A DNA stretch of 64,000 nucleotides from assembly GCF_026210795.1 (NCBI RefSeq), contig NC_089429.1:5456001-5520000 (forward strand), given 5' to 3'. Position numbers and translations under genes: made by a program. The notes below the pieces were generated by a model. That model was not told where the DNA came from and ran no database searches. It saw nothing but the letters and a program-made list of their open reading frames with translations. Of this stretch, positions 13,759 to 28,679 are shown in pieces. The stretch is from Rhizophagus irregularis (Eukaryota). The first letter of the stretch is position 1, and the number at the start of each line of letters is the position of its first letter.

Positions 13759-14399
13759 TAAATATTAATTAATATTAATTAAATTATCTGTTATTTATAA
13801 AATTTTTATAAAATTATTTATGATTAATTTAATTTTTATTTGGTTTTATATAAATTTTTTATAATATTTTCTCTTTTTATAGAAGATCTTAATAAAAAAT
13901 AATTTAAAAAATTTTGTAAATTATTTTTGACCTTTCTTTTTTTTCAATTTTATTAATTATAGTTATCTTTAGTTATAACGGATCTATTTATACTAAAATT
14001 TTATTATATTGAACTGGATGAATTTTATAATGAAATATTATATGATATATTTAATTTAAATTTAACTGACTCTTATATATTAATTATATAATAATATACT
14101 TTTTAACAAACAGTTATATAATAAATTCACTTTATACTAAACTAAACCTTCTGAAATAGAAGGTTTTCAATATTTTTATAATTATTTTTACTGGATTAGA
14201 AGTAATAACTACTAAATATTATTATTACTTTTTTTTTAATAAAAAAAATAATGAAATTTAAAAAAGCAAAGTAGAAATATTTAGTTATTACATTAATCAG
14301 AGCTTTTTATAACAATATTTTTATTTATTATAAAATTTTTTATATATGTAAATAGACTGTAAATAAAAAAAAACAATTTAAAGTCAATTAATAAACGTT

Positions 14400-17300
14400 T
14401 TATACAAAAGTCTTTACAAATTTTTCATAAAAGTGTTCTAAAGTCATTTCAAATCCTTTAAGAACTATTTCATCTTTTTCTTCTAAACCATAAGAAAAAT
14501 TTCTATTTCTTAAAGCAATAACTATTGATGAAATAACCCCAAAAAATTCATTTAAAACCTAAAAGAAATAATAAAATAAAATAAGTAATTGATTAAAAAA
14601 CAAAATTATTCTTACAATAAAAAAATATATATATATATTTACCTGCCAAACCTCACCACGTCTTATCCCATTTGCTTCAACAAGAGCTTTTTCATGACCA
14701 TGAGAGAAAAAATCACTAATATACGCATTAAGAATTTCGTCTGTATTAATAAAAGGCATACTATGAAGATCCAAATATATTTCACTATGAAGATGACTAG
14801 TTAAATCTTCTAAATTATTGAAGATATCACCAAGAGAACTACACACTGCAATAAAAGGAGATCGAGTAATAAATGAAATAGCATCGGATCCAAATTTAGA
14901 AATTAAAGGATCTTTCAACAAATTTTGATCTAAATTTTTGGAAGGAACTTTAATTGATGATAAAGGTAAAATATTATCAAGTCCCATTCTAGAGGCATTA
15001 TTTTTTGCATAAGTTATAACATAATCGGTATATAACTCTAAAATACGTTCATTATGTTGTTCTAAAATATTTTTAATATTTTCTGATAAAGGAGGTAGGA
15101 TGATTTTAGAAGGAGTGTCATTATTTTTATACCAATCTCCCGAAATTTTACGTAATTTCAATCTATTAAATAAGTGAGAAAGAACTAAGATCAAGCTATT
15201 CATGATTTCTTCATTTGTTTTTGACTCTGAACAAATTGTGTGAAATACGCCATGCTTAAATAAAATAGCAAATGCAAAGTTGCTTGGCTCATAATAATTC
15301 AAATGTGAAACCACGGCAGATAAATTGATTAATTTGCCATTTGGACTCAAAAAACTTTCATGTCTCAAATATTCAACAGAAAATCTTAATTGAAATTTAA
15401 TTTGTTCAGGTAAATATTCTTTACCAAGGAAAAAGAAAGATTCACCAAATAACCCTTTGATGGTATCTTTAGCATAATTATAATCATCCTCACTTCTAGT
15501 TTTACATGAATTAAGAAAATTAAAGGAACGCAAAGTGAGTGTCGTCGTTAAAGGAAAATGACGTGAAAGTTTTGGTAATCTTGACATCAGAAGTCTTACT
15601 ATCTTTGTATGTGTCAAGCCAAAGAACACTACATGACCAAGTGGATCAAAGCCTCTTCTCCCAGATCTTCCAGACATCTGTCTATATTGTAAAGCGGTAA
15701 GAGAAATTGAATCTCCAACAAATACAGTCGTTTTGCATGGCATATTTATACCAAGAGCTAAAGTACCAGTTGCAATGACTACTTGTAAATAACGTCTTCT
15801 GAAAAGAATCTCAACCGCACTTAGATATTTTCTTGGAAGATCTGTATGATGAATTCCGATACCTCTTTCTAATGCTGCTAATAATAACTTGTAATTATCT
15901 TTCGGTTTATCGCGTAGAAATTTTGTAATTTCTTCGAATTCATCTGAAGTAACTCGACCTTTTTGATTTACGAAAGTAAAATTGGGATCATGGGCTTCCC
16001 AATCAAAAAAGGATGGAATTTTTTCTTCTAATTCTGGTTCATCATCTGGAGCAGTAGTAGCTTTTTTATCTCGTTTTCTCTTTAAATCTTTTTCATAAGT
16101 ATCTCTTCGCATCATTGCTGTTTTCTTTTTAGCTTGATATTCTGGGTCATTATCTCTCTTTTCTTTTTCCGCTAATTCTAATTGTTTTAAAATATTAAAT
16201 GCAAGTTCTTCACATCCTTTTTCATCAAAATGAAACAAAATAGCGGGAAGTTTATCTTGAGCCGATAGTTCACATAGCAATGGTACAATTCCCTCTTCAA
16301 GAAATTTATCCCCATAAACATCAAATTTTTTAGATAGTTCACTAGATGTTGATGCAAATTTTGCAAATCCATTTTTAATATACGTTCCTAACTCTTCAAT
16401 ATCCGATTCTACAGTGTCGTGATTTTCAAGAGCCTGCTTAAGTTTTTGTTCATATTCATCAACGTCTATTCTAGCGATATGATCATTATCTTTAAAATAA
16501 ATACTAGGTTCTAACTTGTCAAATTCGACAGGTGGATTATCACTAACATGTTCTTTCAATACATTCCAAGGTTGAACACACTTTATAAAAACTCGCTTAA
16601 GTTTTTGTTCATATTTATCAACATCATCTCTAGCAATTTTACCTTGATCTTTAAAATATATATCAGGATTTAATTCATCAAATCCATTAGATGAATTATC
16701 GCCCAAATATCTTTTCATTACGCCAAAAAGTTGAACACATCGAGTGGTATTTGCTGTTGATTCTAATTCTGTAAATCCATTTTCAATATCATTTCCTAAT
16801 TCATCTATGGTTGATCTTATAATATGATTTAAAGATTCATCTTTTGCGTAGCTCACAAAAACTTCCTTAAGTTTTTCTTCATAATTATCAGCGTCATCTT
16901 TGACAATATAACCGATCTCTTTAAAGTATTTATTAGGATCTAATTCGTTAAATCCATCAGGTGGATTATCACCTACGTATTTTTTCATTACATCCCAAAG
17001 TTGAACACATTGAGAGGGAACTAGTTTCATGTCGCCAGGGAATCCACATTCTTTTAAAATACTCATTGATAATGTGAATACTGGATTAATAGGAATTATA
17101 CTCTTATTTTGTCGCTGTTTTTCTTTTGGATATAGTGTTGTCTCAATAAGTGACGTCAATGGAAATTTTGGTAAATACACATATTGTTGTAAATCTGAAA
17201 ATCTCTTCTTTGTTATAATAAGTTTCATTTTTTGTTTACGAGCTTCTCTAGATTTAGCTATCCATTCATTAAATGGTTCTGGATTCCCGACTGTAGCAGA

Positions 17301-20300
17301 AAGGGCCAAAATTGGAATGGATTTGCTTAATAATAGTAAACGATCATAAAACTCGCCACCTTCTGATCCAATCATATGAATCTTTAATTTAAACGGAATT
17401 ACGCCATATTAGTTAATTATAATTAAAATAAAGAACTTTATAAATATTTTACCTCATCAAAAATAATTCTTTTTATATTCCGAGCCCATGATGCACGTTC
17501 TGGAGATAAAATTAACGTTTCAAGCATTTGCGGAATTGTTATAAGAATTTGACATTTATCGTGGTTTTCGCGATATTCTCTAGTGTATATTCCCCAAGTG
17601 GATTTATCACCATGATCATAGCTTTTCTCGAAACGACCATAAACCTCAGCTGTTACTTGATTAACCAAAGCCTTCGTAGGAGAAACATATATCAAAATTC
17701 CATCATCACTCTCTTTAAGAACTTTTTCCATTGCATAATATGATATAAAAGTTTTCCCTGACGAAGTTGGGCAGCAAAGTAACGCAGATTCGTCTTTATC
17801 AATTACATCCAAAACTTCAACTTGCCATGCATCTAGCAAAATAAATATTTTTGTTAATAAAACAAATGGACAAAAATATAAAATATCATAAGTTATAAAT
17901 CACAAAAAGAAGTTCGATTACCTGGCTTAAAATGTTGAACTCGAGGATCATCTACAGAATTTGTATTTCGGTCCATTAAATGACCAGCATATAACATTTG
18001 AAATCTCGCGTCAGACATCCCAATAGATAAATCAGTCCAATCACTGGGAAAATCAAATTTAAACGGCTTTTCTTTTGGAGCAATTGTAGGCAATTTCTTC
18101 AAGCGTTTTCTACAATCATTTAATTTAAGTCGACCTAAAACTTTAACTAAGATTTCTTTCATTTTTTCGTCAAAGAAGGATTGGAAATTTTGCGCGATAT
18201 AAAATACTTGATGTAAAATATCTATAGGAATAGACCAATCACTTTTCACCTGAGAATTCATACAATGTTCGGTCCAAAGTTTAAACAAGAATTCCAACTT
18301 TTTGAATTGTCCCCTGAGCATAGTAAATGGATGTTTGATTTTGTCTGTTTTTTCAAGCTTGGCATTCAATAAATTAAGTTGATTTCTAACATTTCCGCCC
18401 TTCGAAATTTCTATTAATGCATCATCGAGGTACTTATCAGATGCGTTCCGAGATTGTTTTAGACTTCCTTGTTCAATTTTTTCTCTTGCTTTTTTTGTAC
18501 CAGTAGCTTCTTTCTTAACTGATTTTGAAGTTGTTTTTGATGATTTTGATGATTTCGATGATTTTGATGACGATCTTGTTCTATCAATAATTATTTTTTG
18601 TCTAAAATACCCTTGTGTACCATTTAATGAAGTCGCATATTGTTCCAAGAACCTCACATATTGCTGATAGCCTTTCCGTTCCATAGAATTTTTATGTTTC
18701 TCATAATAGGCTGCTGACTTAATGACTTTGGGACCTTTGGATATCTTTAGAGAATAGTTATATGTGCTTTCATCATAATCAACGTCTTCAATTAATCCAT
18801 AACGGGGTACGTCAATTTCTGCTTCTAAATCTGGATCTTCAGAAAGTTTTAAATTCATATCCCCAAGACACCCTTTAAAGAACTCATATTCAAAAGGAAG
18901 AAGGCTCGGTTCTTTGTCATACTCTAAATGTGATTTTTGATAAGATTTAATTCGAAACTTTTTGTTATATTTTTCATTATCACTATCTAAAGAATTAAGC
19001 CCATTACATTCGCATAATCGTTCTAAAAGATTCCAACAAGTGTCAAATTGTTGCTTAATTTCAGTAGGAAGATTATTAAATTTTAACACGCCATCGCACT
19101 GAAATTGGATTAAAGATACAAAAAGTCGTGCATCTAAAAGATCATAAAGATTATTATTTAAATCTTGAAAATTTCTCATTTCCTCACGAGGAATGTCAGT
19201 GATATAAATTTTAGTACAATAAGTATAAACATCTTGCAAGAAGAGGTCGACTCTCGTCTTTGCTTTTGTACTATCATCATCATCATCATCAACTGGTGGT
19301 ATAACTCTTGACTTTAAAGGGAGGTAATCTAATAGAATAAGATGAAGCAAAAATATTCTTGCTAGATAATGAAAATCTGGTTTGTCACTATTATTGGTCA
19401 AGACTCCCGTCAAAGATAATAAAACAAGAGCGATTCTTTTCCCTCCATTTGACCATACGTCTAAACATTCTTTGGAAGTTAATAAATCTTTGATAGGTGT
19501 TATCAAATCAAATTTTTCAACAGAATCCTTAATCCACTTTGACTTTTCGTCATAATTCTTAAACGCTTCTGTAGTAAAATTCTCAATATCAGCTAACTTC
19601 GTTTGAGTTTTAAGATCAACATTACCACTTCTTTCAATTAAGAACGAATGTACATGTGAATTTCTAAATTCAAAACCAGGCAAAAGTGCGACAGGCATAT
19701 CCATATGAAGAGTAAAAAAGATAAAAGCTCGTAACACAATTGTCAAACTTAATGAATTTTTTGTTGCAATTCCAGAGATTGACGAATCATCATCATCTTC
19801 AACATAATCATTACTTTTTTCGATCTTTAAATGTTCAGTTGAACCATCACCAGTTAAAACGAACAGCGGTTGCTGATCATCTAAATATTCTTTCCATTTT
19901 TTATTCCACCAATTCTCAAAGGTGTAGATTGGAACTTGAGTATTATTAGATTTTAGGTGATCGATGATGATTTCTCTTGCAAGTCGTAATTTTGGTCGAT
20001 TATTCCATATAGATTGATTAGCATCAAAGAAAACGATATGAAAAACAAATTCACGTTCTCTGAGTTTTTTAAGAAAATTCTCGATCAAAAAGGTAAGAGA
20101 CAAAAATTGACCTCCAGCAAAAGGTTGACCAAAATCAATAAAATCTGATTCAGGATCGTAAAGAAACTTAAAAAGTAAACTATCCCCCTCTATTACGAAT
20201 AATTCACCACCTATAAGGATTAAAATTTTTTAATTTTATCAAGAATATAAAATATATGTTTTACATTTCGTAAAAAAAAAAAAAATTATTCGTACCACCA

Positions 20301-20377
20301 AAATTACCAAGATCTATAAACTTATTACGACATTTACAGTACCATTCATTTAACCAAGATTCAACTTTTTCGTCCAT
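14400..20377 (-). CDS. DDX60-like (Ski2-family) DExD/H RNA helicase, multi-exon
   Basis: ATG at 20377. N-terminal ELFVIEGDSLL; PDxWQ-type motif split by an intron; PTSSGKT; IIFDE(V/I)H split by an intron; LSATVGN; RGIGIHH; VVIATGTLALGINMPC; QMSGRSGRRGFD. The last exon (14558-14400) ends ...EKFVKTFV*. Confidence 0.9.
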
Positions 20378-23300
20378 GACTATTAAAAAAAAAAATATTT
20401 TTTTTTTTTACTTGATGCGAAAAAAGTCCGATCAAATTTAGTGATAAAATCAGGTGTAACGTGATGACAAATTATCAGGTCATAATAGGTCATAATCACT
20501 CATAATCAGTGAAATCTTTAGTACTTTTTGACGAACATTTTAACAATTTCCAATCGACACAAGCAAAAAAACCACTCGATTGCAATCCGGGTCAAATAAT
20601 AATAGCTTTGAATTCTCTTTCGTACATGTTACACTTTCCCGACGAACTTAAATGTGCATTTCGTGAGAGTGACATTATTTGGCCGTTCGCGTAGACGTGA
20701 ATTCTTAGAGATTTATGCAACAGTCAACCTTTGGTTGAAACTTGCCTTCACATAATTACTTTATTCACATAAACTATTCCTCATAGTATCGCTTCTTGTT
20801 ACTATGGAAAAGGGGATTGGATTATTATAGTATTATTACCGAGATTAAAAAGAAGATATTGACGGGGGTTCAGACAGAATACGATTCGGTTATTCAATTG
20901 TAAGCTTCATTTCAGTGTAATAATACTTACAATGAAGCTTTGCATGAAGTTGTAATGTATGATATTACTTCGACTGAGCCATAATTAAGGTCGAGGAATG
21001 CAATGATATTGACAATTGAGTATTACTGAGTTCATAAGTTCTCCATTGAACGAAAGTACTTTCTCATCGCTTAGAACAAATTAAGTGGGTATTTTATGAA
21101 TCGCAGCAATAATTAAAGCGGGTAACAGATAGATGATTGGGATATAATAGAATTTAAAATAAGTATTATCCCGTCACATATTTCCTGATCTTAGTTATTA
21201 TTTTCACGTAATTTATGATACTGTATCGTAAATAATATAGCAGGACATTTTACATAACAAAAATATATGCTAAATTCCATCAAATGAAGAAACTTCACAT
21301 TTATCGTATGATACACCTCTGGAATGAAACATTTTTATTCAGGGTTACTAAAGGATAAAGCACCATTGGATAAAGCACCATTGTGTATCACAGGCTAGGC
21401 TTTGTCTCGCATTGTAATAATATATTGATAATAAAAATACGTTTACCGATTTTTTAATTTTTTAATTTATAATGGTGATATAATTCTCAATATGACTCTT
21501 GACGACCGATAAAGAAGGAAAACATATTAATCTGAATTGAAATACCAGAATTACATCATATGATTTTTATAACCAATAAATTCTGATGGTATTAACTTTT
21601 TTAGATCAATTAGGAGAGTCTTTCAAATACTTGACAAGATGGCATTTATCGACACAACTTGCTCAGTGAGTTTATATATATTAATCTCTTTTCGTCCTGA
21701 TTTGTATGATTTGTAGAACTTTCCAGTTTCCACTCCACTTCGCACTGAGGTTGATAATCTTCATGTGCTAATTTAAGTTATTATTATTATGTGACGAGTT
21801 GTAACTAATACTTATAACTCAATATTTGAATATGCTAAATTTTAACCTATTCGATTATTTTCAATTAATGGATTTAAATCAAACTTTTGAATCTACTGAT
21901 ACAGTAAGTCCTAAGTGATCTTATATATGTACATTGATCAAACTCAGGCAGCTAATCCATACTTAAATTTATATTTAAAAAAATCTGTAAGATGTAATTT
22001 CTTTAAAAAAAGAATGGGAGAAGGATTAATAACCTATTTTTATTGAATCATTAAGGAAATATAAATATGTCTTGCTTGAGCTATTCTTTGTAATTTCTAT
22101 TCTAACACAAGTTATCCACATTTGTATTTCTGATTTGCATTTCCTAGCTGACTAATAAATTCTATGATTCTTTTCGATAGAAACTGTTTGTTTGCCTAGT
22201 TACTACTTACTATACCTCTTGATAGTCTCTTGTGATATAACGTGCTTCTATTGAGAATTAGTGAGATCAGGAATGAAATCAAAAGTATTGAAGTAATCAC
22301 GCTATATAATATTTTCAAGTTCTTGACAATATTAAAATGTATTATTGTTCTTCTTTTCAATAGTTTTTATCGCATACATTTCACTCAACTTTGAATCAAC
22401 ATCAATAGAGACTAATTACCTAAATAAATAAAAAACGAATTAATGAAATTTGAAGAATTTTAAGTTAAGCTTTCGTTTAATTTGTCAAGGAAATATTGAC
22501 CTTCCATAATTTTAGTTTGTCTGTAGTAAAATTGGCGAACTCATGTGCCTTTACCTCCTTGAGTTTTCTTGTCTACTTACGGTAAAATTCTTAAAATTCT
22601 TCCCGAATTCGACCTCAAAATATTTTAAATATTAGACGAGCTATTTATCTTGTCACACAGATCTGTCCGGTTACATCATCGTAAAATATGGCAACAATGA
22701 TCGCTCAGTCCAGCTTAGTCTAAAGCTTGGAGTTACCACAATCTGCGGATAGAACTTTTTTTTAAAAAAAAACCACGTGTTAACCGTTATAATCATTCGT
22801 ATCACGGGCATAGTTCAAAGAAGAATAAGATTGTTTATGGTGCTGATAAATCACTTATGTTGAGTGATAAAGGATAATAATTATTTGTAATGAAGAGACA
22901 TTGGAGTGTATACGAGGTGAAATTTGGAAAACCAAAAGAATTAAAAAGAAAATATTCGGTCATACATATTAATAATATTAATAAATTTAAGGTTAAAAAA
23001 AAAACTGTTATTATTTTAAAAATCCAAATTTTATTGGATAGATCTCAGTTTGAATTATTTTGATTGTAACATTACATTAAGGAATCCTTAAAAAAAAAAT
23101 TATTTTCACGTTGTCTAGTAACATGACTAATGGTCTCTCACTTTTTAACACATTAGATACTCTATATAAATAAAGGTCTCATTAATTTACTACTGCATCT
23201 GCTAATGTCATTCATTAATAATTATTGAACCCAACGAACATATTGACATTGACATACAACAGATGATTATAGGAGGTTTCAATAATTTAAGACATGACGC

Positions 23301-23395
23301 GAACAATCTCAAAGATGGCTTATGATAATTATTGGACAGAATAAACCATTCGATCCAGGGTAATATTATATTAATAGCTCAAATGTAATAATTAA

Positions 23396-25099
23396 TTAAA
23401 AATATTTTTCCCTAATTCTCACTTGTTTAGCAGGAAATACTTTAAAATTACCCTCAGCAATTTCATTCATTTTTCTACAAACTTCTAAATCATTCATTTT
23501 ACAAGTTTCTACATATTTATCATAAATATCCGCTCCAAAAATGTAATCAATTCCAACCCATCTCAAAGAATCTTTTTCTTTTGAAAAATCTGAAAATATC
23601 TTAATATTTTTTTCCTCAATAGCATCCATAATTATAGTTGATAATGGTGAACAGCATTTAGATAAATAACCTTGTAAACCTTTTACGCCTATATTCATTA
23701 ATTCTAAATATTGCAATTTTTCTAACCCAAGTTTCGAAAATTCATTATCTAATTCAGCTTTATCATCAATCATTCCAAGATCTAATTTCAAATGACTAAG
23801 ATTTTTTAAATGATTTATAAAAGTTATTACACTTGCTATGTCAACACGACCATAATCAGCATTTAAAGATAAATGTGTAATATTTTGGCAATGATTAACT
23901 AGCGTTTCAAGTCCTTCGTTGATATCATCAGATATAAATTTAACTGAAACTTGTTCCAACGCATCACCCGCTTTAATAAAGATAGCTTTCACAACCTCCT
24001 TTGGCAATTCACTAAGATGCAAAAATTTTAATCTAATAGAAGCATTAAGAATAGGTTGAATTGATTCAAGCGTTAAAGAACGACATTTTCTTAGAACTAA
24101 AGATTCCAACCTTGTACATTGATAAAGTGAAGTTAAAGAAATTCCTGAAAATATCATATCATCCAATACCAAATGTGTCAATTTATGAACTGGTAAAACA
24201 TTAATTAACAAACAAATTTCTCCATAAACCTTATAAAATCGGCAATAAGTTAATTCAGGTTGCGACGTAATTAATCCTGCCAATATTTCAGCAGTCGAAT
24301 AATTTGGAATCTTTATTCTATTTATATCCAAATGAACAAGTCCATTACATATATTTGGCAATAATTTTAAAAGGTCATATAAATTTCCTCGTTGTTCATG
24401 CTGACATAACGAGTTCGTATAAAATCGAAGTTTAAGTTTTCGTAAATTGACTAATCCAGGTTCATTATCCGCAAAAATATTGCTCTTTGGTATATCCTTA
24501 TTAACCTTATAAGGACTTAGAATAAGATATTTCAAATTAGATGCGCTTCTCATGAATATTTTACATAAAGAATCTACCATAGCATTTGTTGCTTGTGATG
24601 CTGGAGTTTCGGTTTGTAACGTTGTAACTTCACCATCAAGTTCTTTACATTTAACTTCTGAACTTTCCGTTTCTGTGCTTAAAGAATTTGAAGTTTCGCC
24701 AGATTGTTGTAATTTTAACTTATTAAACCATGTTACCGTTGCCGTCTCAATTGCTCCAACATCAAGAATATGTATGTATTGTGCATAATTAAATAAAGGA
24801 AATGGACGGTCCGATAATTTTGAAAAATCAATTCCTTCATTAATTAAATATGATTTTTCTTCTTCGTTAAAGAAAGGAATAAAAACCTCGATATTAATTA
24901 TATTCATTCTCGTCGGATTATATGGCATAGGTCTTCTCCAAATTATCGGAATAACTTTTCGACACCAAAATCTATTTACAAAAAGACATGAATATAATGA
25001 ACGTCTATCAAATTTTAAATACTTAAATATTTCATCAAAACATTCCGAAGGTAATTTTGAAATCGTTATAGGATCTTTAAATTTTTCCGTCGTCGACAT
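23396..25099 (-). CDS. F-box plus RNI-like leucine-rich-repeat protein, intronless
   Basis: N-terminal F-box LPSECFDEIFKYL...SLYSCLFVNRFWCRKVIPIIWRRP, followed by LxxLxL repeats; 567 aa. Confidence 0.88.
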   Translation of the reverse strand: MSTTEKFKDPITISKLPSECFDEIFKYLKFDRRSLYSCLFVNRFWCRKVIPIIWRRPMPYNPTRMNIINIEVFIPFFNEEEKSYLINEGIDFSKLSDRPFPLFNYAQYIHILDVGAIETATVTWFNKLKLQQSGETSNSLSTETESSEVKCKELDGEVTTLQTETPASQATNAMVDSLCKIFMRSASNLKYLILSPYKVNKDIPKSNIFADNEPGLVNLRKLKLRFYTNSLCQHEQRGNLYDLLKLLPNICNGLVHLDINRIKIPNYSTAEILAGLITSQPELTYCRFYKVYGEICLLINVLPVHKLTHLVLDDMIFSGISLTSLYQCTRLESLVLRKCRSLTLESIQPILNASIRLKFLHLSELPKEVVKAIFIKAGDALEQVSVKFISDDINEGLETLVNHCQNITHLSLNADYGRVDIASVITFINHLKNLSHLKLDLGMIDDKAELDNEFSKLGLEKLQYLELMNIGVKGLQGYLSKCCSPLSTIIMDAIEEKNIKIFSDFSKEKDSLRWVGIDYIFGADIYDKYVETCKMNDLEVCRKMNEIAEGNFKVFPAKQVRIREKYF

Positions 25100-26785
25100 T
25101 TTTTTTTTATTATTTTTTCTGTCAAAAAAAAAACCTAAAAATACCCTAGAAAAAAATATTTATACCCCAGTTAACGATTCACAAATTCTTAATTTGGTCC
25201 AGAAATCGAATGATCATCTGATTGCATTATTAACACGTTTAAAAATAAATAATTCCCCTTCACCTTGTATTACTCTATTTGAACGTCACTTCTTAAAAAT
25301 AAATGATTATTAATTATATTGATTAAACATAATGGATCATATCTGATACCATTGACGTGTTAATTATCGATTTTAATTTTTTAATTATATGTCTGAATCG
25401 GAAAAAGAAAATTGCCTTATATAGTAGTACCAAATTTAACAGAATAGCAAGCAAAATTATATTAAAGACGTTCCTTCTCTTAGTATAAAGAATACGAGTA
25501 ACTTTCTCAGCAAATATTATTCACCTGAGGACTTTGGTGAAGAAGATAGTAATGAAAATTCGATGTGATAACACGGAAGTCTATTGAATGTAATTATGGT
25601 TGTTATCATGTTATTAATGTAACAAAGATAATATTGTAGTGGGACTTGTTTCCATTTTAAGTCACTATATGAATAAATTAAATCCGAATAATATCTTAAA
25701 TGAGAGACGTTGGAAAAAGATGAGAACGAGGTTAATATAATGTTGAATGATACGCGTAAAGGTTCTAAAAATATAATAGGTCAAAAAATTACAGAACCCG
25801 ATCTTAGCAGGTAGTGAGAGGGAAAGTTTTATTATCTTCAAATAAAAATTGTTTTATTGGTAAATTAAATAGAACTGATGATTTACAAACGTACAGTATA
25901 TTAATATTCAAAACTATTCAAAACGATAATATAAAGAGTATGGGAATGAAAGTTGTAATGTAAAAATAATAATTATGGGTCCTGAAGAGAAAATAACAAT
26001 GCAAGCTGTTCAGAAATAACCATTGTTCAATGACATATAAAAACGTTGCGGATAAAACGATATAATTGCAAATGCTGGATCAAAAGGAAAAGTAGCAGAT
26101 CTTGGCCCTGGAGAACTTATATGAGTTAGACATGTATGAATACAAAATTTATGCCACATATTATAACAGATTATTTTTTAATTGTAACATAAACGCGTCG
26201 AATATCTTTTAATTGGCCAAAATATTAGGCAACGGTTTAATATTTGATTCATTATATATTACTGGCTAATAAAATGCAAGAAATCCAATTTTAATCATTT
26301 ATCCTCAAATTCAGCGATCCAAAGGTGAAAACAATTCGAAAAAAAAGGCAAGCAAAAAAAACCAAAAAGACCACAAACGAAAGAGATAATATGAAGTTGA
26401 AAAAAACGATGTCGTCAAAAGTCGCATTTTGTTGAAAATCATCCAATTATAAATAACGGTTTTTGCAAGAATAGATGTTGACTCAACAGTATTGGGTAGC
26501 CTTTAGTCCTTAAAAAGAACAAAAAAATAATAAAAAATATTTTTTTTCAGTTATATAGCCTTTTTTGTAATAGTAGAGTGATTTGTGTAAACTTAATTAT
26601 ATTTTATTGGTTATCGCGAAAAATTATCTAATAATCATTACAAAGACATCAAAATTTATAAATTGATTTTCTTTTTTGGTATGGCGTCATGTAATGAATA
26701 TTGAAATGATCTGATCATTACGTTTTATAAATATTTTGAATTCAAAAAAACTTTTTTTTTTCTCTTACTTTTATTTATTTGAAAA

Positions 26786-28118
26786 ATGAAGGCTATTGTA
26801 TTAAATAATTGGTTAAAAGATGTTGATGAGTTGGTGGTTGATAATAATGCACCTGAACCAAAGTTGGGAGATAATCAAGTTTTGGTTGAAATTAAGGCTG
26901 TTGCTTTGAATTTTTTCGATATTTTACAGGTAAATAATATATATATATATATTTGAATATTAAGAATGGTTAGTGAAATATTTTGCGACAATTAACCCTG
27001 GTTTTGGTAAAAATATTAGGTTCAAGGGAAATATCAAGAGAAACCACCGTTTCCTCATATTCCCGGAACTGAGGTAATTTATTATTTTCGATTATTTTTC
27101 GAATTTTTCTACCAATTAAACCTTTTTTTTTTCAGTTTTCTGGAATTGTTATCAAAGCAGGAGAAAAATGTAAAAAATCATTTAAACAAGGAGATAAAGT
27201 ATTTGGTAGTGCAAGTGGATGTTTTGCAGAACGTGTTTCGGCACAAATTAATAATTTACATTTAATACCTGATGGTATGAGTTTTGAAGAAGCTGCAGGG
27301 TTATCTATTACTTATCCTACTAGTTATGCTGCTTTAGTTATCAGAGCTAAATTACAAAAAGGTATATTATACGAAAGAAATATTTCTATTTTAAAGAAAT
27401 TAATAATAGTTATTATTTACAACGTTATAATAATTTTTATCTTTTGATTAAAAGGCGAATGGTGTCTTGTTCATGCTGCAGCTGGTGGTGTTGGAGCGGT
27501 AGCGGTACAAGTTGCTAAAGCTCTTGGAGCAAAAGTTATTGCTACAGGAGGTTCATCAGAAAAATTAGCTATTGCAAAAAAAGTGGGTGCAGATTATGCA
27601 GTTAACTATAAAGACAAAGATTGGCAAAAGCAAGTATTAAAAATTACGGGAGGAAAAGGTGTTGACGTTGTTTATGATCCTGTAGGATTAATTGTTCCTT
27701 CTATTAAATGTATAGGTAATTAATTATGTTCGTTAATTTACTCAAAATGATTTTGGCTAACGCGATTTCTTTCTAAAATAATTTATTAATAATTATAGCA
27801 TGGAATGGGAGACTCGTCGTTATTGGATTCGTAAGTGGCAATATTGAAAAAGTACCAACAAATCTTGTATTACTTAAAAATATATCAATTATTGGGTTAT
27901 TTTGGGGCTCATATGCAAAAAATGATCCAGAACGTAATGATGAAGTTTGGAATGATCTGTTTAATTTATTTGGTAGTGGAAAATTAAAACCTCTTGTTTA
28001 TGAAAAAGTTTTTCATGGATTGGATAACGTAAAAGTTGGCCTAAAAGCTATTGCGAATAGAAATACTTTTGGTAAAGTAGTTGTTATTCCTAATGGTGCT
28101 AGATCAAGTAAACTTTAA
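26786..28118 (+). CDS. NADPH:quinone oxidoreductase-like MDR (zeta-crystallin/QOR family) with peroxisomal PTS1
   Basis: Five exons, missed by the ORF track. Reads MKAIV...VLVEIKAVALNFFD, GKYQEKPPFPHIPGTEFSG, LVHAAAGGVG, GKGVDVVYDPVG, GRLVVIGF, GKVVV; ends ...RSSKL* (TAA 28116-28118). Confidence 0.92.
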
Positions 28119-28679
28119 TTATGGTTTGGATGAGCTTTTTTTTTAATTTATTTAAGATTGTAAAATTTAAAAATTATAGTAAGAGTATATGTATTGATAA
28201 TCAACCATTAAATGTAGAATTTTGTTTAAAGAGAATAAAAATACTTGTGAAATTCTTTTGATTACCAAACTACATAAACTACATGTGAGCAAAATGAGAA
28301 ATGTTCTATGTGACCATGTATTGCTTTTCAATATATTGATATTCCTGCTGCAACAACATTTTGGATGACTTGTGTATTCTTATTGATTTATGTCAATCTT
28401 TGAGTTTGTTATATGAGATCAATTAATCATATATTGTATCTAGGTTTAAGAATAAATAAGACCAGGCAATCTTGTTAATAAAGGATGGTAGCAAATCAGA
28501 ATATATTGTACCTTACAAGAATGGATTGATGGTAAACTATATTATTCTTTTTCAATCTTTTTTTTTTTTGGCAAGAATTTTATTGAATATAAACTCTTTA
28601 AGATATGTTGGTAAAGAGATAACAGGAATTTTATTTGATTTAAATTCAGATAATTAAATATTATAAAATATATTAAATT

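Noticed and set aside
25400..26200. Coding-like decayed stretch
   Set aside because: No continuous frame or identifiable motif.
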